A stretch of 64,000 bases of DNA from Eledone cirrhosa (Eukaryota): NCBI GenBank assembly GCA_964016885.1, contig OZ024741.1:299522001-299586000 (forward strand), written 5' to 3'. Below the pieces are notes generated by a model. The model was not told where the DNA came from, searched no databases, and saw nothing but the letters and a program-made list of their open reading frames with translations. Below are positions 55,850 through 64,000 of this stretch, in pieces. Position numbers and translations under genes: made by a program. The first letter of the stretch is position 1; each line of letters starts with the position of its first letter.

Positions 55850-56722
55850 TGATCTTTCGATTTTATTGTTGAGTAACTTATTCTTCGAACTCAAGATGTG
55901 GAACAGCTCAAGGTCGCATAATCGACAGCTTCTCATACCACTCGGATATGGGGGCGCGTTCGATAATTATTTCCCCTTCAGGGTGTATTGATGGTTACTT
56001 TCCCTCAGTTGCCAGGTCTTGTTTGTAAGGGTAGTTACATAACGATGCTGGGAATGTTTCATTGGGTAACGGTGTGTATACCAACGGGCTTTAAATGTAT
56101 TCCTAGTCGCTCCGTGGTGATACCATTTCTGGTTGTCTGATTCCACTGTGCATTGGTAAACCAGGTTAGACTGCATACATTCATTATGTAATGGACAGGT
56201 TTCAGGTAGGTGGCAGTTACAATTCTTGCCATGAGCAACTTTGGCATTATTGGTGGGCTGCGATGCCTGTACAAGTGTGTTACGTTTTGTTTGCCTATTA
56301 GCGGGTGGTTGTGTATTAGATATTCTGTTGTGTTCGGTGGTGATTGTATCGTTATTCTTGTGAATTTGTGTTTTGGTGTTATGTATCTTTTTAGCGTTAA
56401 GCATCTTAATGTGTGTCTCTATATTTGGTGTCGTGGAGTAAGATAGTCCAATAGATTTAGTGTTAAGGATTTTGTTGTATCTATGTGAATCTGGAAAGTG
56501 CTTATTTATTATTCTAAAGAAGGTAGAGGGTAGGTTAGTACTAATAGAGGTGTTAAATATGGGGTTATACCAAATATATTTTCTACTGCGTGACTTGTTT
56601 GATTTCGATGTCGTATTTCTATTTCCCGTATACTTGGCATGTTCTATGCGCAAGTTCGTGTGTGCGTGTGTTACCGGAGTTTGTGTTATGCGTGTTCGTG
56701 TGCGCTTCACGGAGGCTTTCAT
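55850..56722 (-). pseudogene. Penelope-like linker and GIY-YIG endonuclease (frameshifted)
   Basis: IWYNP, CNCHLPETCPLHNEC and LVYQCTV..WYHHGAT..TFKARW..H, then YPSGMRSCRLCDLE in a shifted frame. Confidence 0.85.
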
Positions 56723-57497
56723 CTATATATTCTATTCTATCTAAGTGGCCTGCCTTGTCTAATGCGGTATTGTAGTATTCTGCATGTTCTTGGAAGATTT
56801 GTCGGTTAGACGAGATGCGGTAGATCCTAAGCGATATGCTACGTGGAATGGATTTAATTATGGATAGTGGGTGGTTTGATTTACAGTTGATGTATGCTAA
56901 GTTTTCATTAATCTTATAAAAAGGTATTATAAGTCCCGTATTTAGGTTAAGCGTCGCGTCTAGAAAGTTAACTGTTTTAGTGCTATACTCATAGGTGATG
57001 CTAAGGCCTAGTTTCCCAAGAGTCTTTCTAATATTCTTACGGAGTCTTTCTATGCTCTGGTTATTTAGGTTCTTAACTAGGAGAAGGGCGTCGTCTCTGT
57101 AGATTCCACCGTGAAGGTCGCTAAACTCACTTTGTAAACTATGGGCTAGGTAAATACCTACTAAATCTGTGACTTGAGCCGAGTCGTTAGCCCCCATCGT
57201 GATGTCAAAGTTATTTAATCCATCCTTACGTTCCCAATAGGCGTTTTCAAATTTAATTATTGTTTTCCTAGCAGCTAATATGATTTTTATCTCGTCGTCT
57301 GTTACGTCAGAATTGGCTTTAGCGAATGCTAAGGCTTTATCCAAGGTGTTGGGGGATATAGATGAGTAATAATCGTTAATGTTAAATTGCATAAATTTAG
57401 ATACTTCTTTGTTAGCTATATTGTTAAACCACTTAATTGTTTCGGTAGCGTTACCCCATAGTTTAATCACCAGTTTATTTTTCATCTGTGCTATCAC
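56619..57497 (-). pseudogene. Penelope-like reverse transcriptase core (frameshifted)
   Basis: FMQFNINDYYSSI (catalytic D appears mutated to N), FDITMGANDSAQVTDLVG, GIYRDDAL, VNFLDATL and SNHP. Confidence 0.9.
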
Positions 57498-57609
57498 TCT
57501 CTCAAATATATGTTTACTAATTTTCCCGATGTCCGATTTGGACGGGCATATAAGTCTAATTGTGGGGTTATAATCAAAATTTACCTTGTGGTTCTTGAGG
57601 TTAAATGTG

Positions 57610-58048
57610 GGGGAACATGGCCTACGTGGCTCCGTTCTGTCTTTGAACAGGACTTAGTGAAGATGATTATGAATATCAAATTCAAAAAGCGGAGGAATAA
57701 TAAACTCCAGAATGACATAAATATATTCCTAACAAAGCTGCGAACCACCAGTGGAATTATTGTCAAAGCGGACAAATCAAATGTGTATACGATGGATGTT
57801 AATACATACAATAGCTTCATACGGAAGGAATTCATAGGAAATACAAAAAAACTAATGAGGCGGCACTGATAAACATCAACAACGAGGCACACAATATAGT
57901 CAGACACCTGGGAATAGACGACAGAACACATTTAACCTCAAGGACCACAAGGTAAATTTTGATTATAACCCCACAATTAGACTTATATGCCCGTCCAAAT
58001 CGGACATCGGGAAAATTAGTAAACATATATTCGACAGAGTGATAGCAC

Positions 58049-58052
<4 letters not shown>
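57610..58052 (+). pseudogene. Inverted N-terminal RT segment of the same Penelope-like element
   Basis: FEQDLVKMIMNIKF..IIVKADKSNVY and [29 protein letters not shown]. The last 126 bp duplicate 57484-57609 in reverse. Confidence 0.8.
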
Positions 58053-58125
<73 letters not shown>

Positions 58126-58149
58126 TATATTTATATATATATATATATA

Positions 58150-58735
58150 TTAAAATAACAAATTAAAGTTTAAGCCAAGAGTCACTGCTTTCCCCCTTAA
58201 CGGGATCTTCTGAAACTAACAAAGTCAATCTGTAAAAGCAGAAGGGGATATTTAAAAAAATGTTGCAACCGGAGGAAGACAGGAAGACGATACTTTGGTT
58301 CGTGGAAACGTTCCCTGGCAAAGAACGGGAAAAAACGAATATAATACGTCCTTAATAGGAGCGGTGAAAAACAATTACACGCAAAGACAGGACCACGTTT
58401 ATGGTATAAAAGAAGTCGTAGACTAATGTTCTTTGGATTTTAGTCTTCAAATTAATTATTATTACTATATATATATATTTTTCATTTTTTCGCGTTTGCT
58501 TGTGTATGTACGTATTTGGATGCGTGTATGTATTTATTTAATTTCAATTACCTCTTCACTTCAGCGTTTACAGATTGACTTTGTTAGTTTCGGAAGATCC
58601 CGTTAAGCGATTCTTTGCTTAAACTTTAATCTGTTATTTTAATAAATATTTGCTCTACGGTTCTTATATATTCCATATATATTTATCCTTATCGAGCCCT
58701 CTTTGGATTTTAGTCTTCGAATTTATTATTATTAG

Positions 58736-58737
<2 letters not shown>
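58150..58737. mobile_element. Rearranged direct-plus-inverted copy of the 23072-23620 family
   Basis: 58150-58430 is collinear with 23165-23345. 58430-58737 is the reverse complement of parts of 23072-23620. Flanked by (TA)n. Confidence 0.8.
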
Positions 58738-62675
<3,938 letters not shown>

Positions 62676-64000
62676 ATCTATATATATATATTAGAAAGTG
62701 AGATTTTCTTTACAAAATGAAAAATAACCGAAGTGTCCTACACGAGTGAAAGTATAAGGAAAAAAGTTGAAATGGAAAATGCAGGTGGAGTCTTATTTAA
62801 AAAAAATATATATATATTTATTTGGAACCAAATAAATATATATATTTTAAAAAAAATAAGACTCCACTTGCATTTCCGATTTCATCTTTTTTCCTCATAT
62901 ATATATATATATATATGTTTATATCTGTGTGTGTAAGTGTATGTGTATGTGTGTGTATGTATGTGTAGGTCAATGCGTATGCGTTTATGTGTGTGCATAG
63001 GTGCTTCCGTGTGGCTTGTAAGAATACGGTCATCCACGCATACAATGCTGAATCCAGAGATCTTTGAAAGTGGCCTAAATATATTAGGGAACCATGTGGT
63101 GCTACTCCTCACAATGAGTGACCTGTTTTAATAAACTGAATTAATAATGGATCCTACTGTTACTCCTAACGTGGAAGGGGGGAAGATAGTCAAATACGGG
63201 GCATTGAATAACTACTTCATTTTCGTGCCGGTCATCTGCTCCGAAAGCATTGTTTTTTTCTGCAAAATTGAGAGGAGATAATCTCGCCTGATAAAGGAAC
63301 ACGGGAAGTTATTTCTCTGTTATAACGCGAGACACTGGCTGGTCTCTGAAATATCGCCTTCAACAATTTGTCCATGTGAAGTAGCTGAGATATACCACCT
63401 AAACTGAGGTGTAGAATCTGCCGTATTCTTCCCATTCCCTTCACTAATTAAGATTGTTTTTTTTTCGTTTTCATTATTTTATAGTAAACATTATATAATC
63501 CCACTGAGATGAACTAACAATTTACTCTGAGTCTCTCTCACAATGTTACACACACATACACACCCATATATGCATACAACTTTGTTCACTCATTGTTTAT
63601 ATTCTTTCACTAGTTGCATTCATTGAACAGAACGTCACAATACGTTCCACATTTCAAAATATACACCCAACTTAGAAATCACTAAACGTTAGTGACACAT
63701 TATATATGATATAAAATGATAATTATATGCATTTTTCAGAAATATTAATTTCATGATATTAAATCATTGGTACGTTTGATATAACGCGGGAGCGTCAATA
63801 ATTTGAATTAACCTTATGGGATTAATATTCATTCTACCCGGTGAGACACTGGATGTTACAGCGTTGGCAAATGATCGGAGAAATTATAACAGACGATCCT
63901 ATAGTCCGATCAAATATTTGACAACCTCTCTAGTGTTGCTGTAATGAAAAGAACGTAAAGTAGTATTTGTGGTGCCATAAAATATCGCTCCCACTGCAGC

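Overview
AT-rich eukaryotic intronic/intergenic DNA saturated with (TA)n, (CA)n, (TATG)n and (CT)n microsatellites. The repeat content resembles an octopus/coleoid cephalopod genome (inference). I found no confident host protein-coding gene, and most ORFs in the track are microsatellite artefacts. The window is mostly decayed mobile elements: more than 12 copies of one tRNA-headed SINE, a Chapaev3-type DNA transposon with TIRs and a TTA TSD (28831-30200), a non-autonomous Helitron, CR1-like, RTE, L1/Tx1-like and REL-type LINE fragments, and several Penelope-like retroelements (RT + GIY-YIG) with fold-back architecture inserted in (TA)n. The most notable signal is a set of minimal type I hammerhead ribozymes (HHRs). 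A young, non-coding 469-bp tandem-plus-inverted array carries one HHR per unit (26927-28419) and would release a unit-length, retrozyme-like RNA. Further HHRs lie at 24839-24927, 25110-25187, 28651-28729 and, in variant form, 46574-46665.
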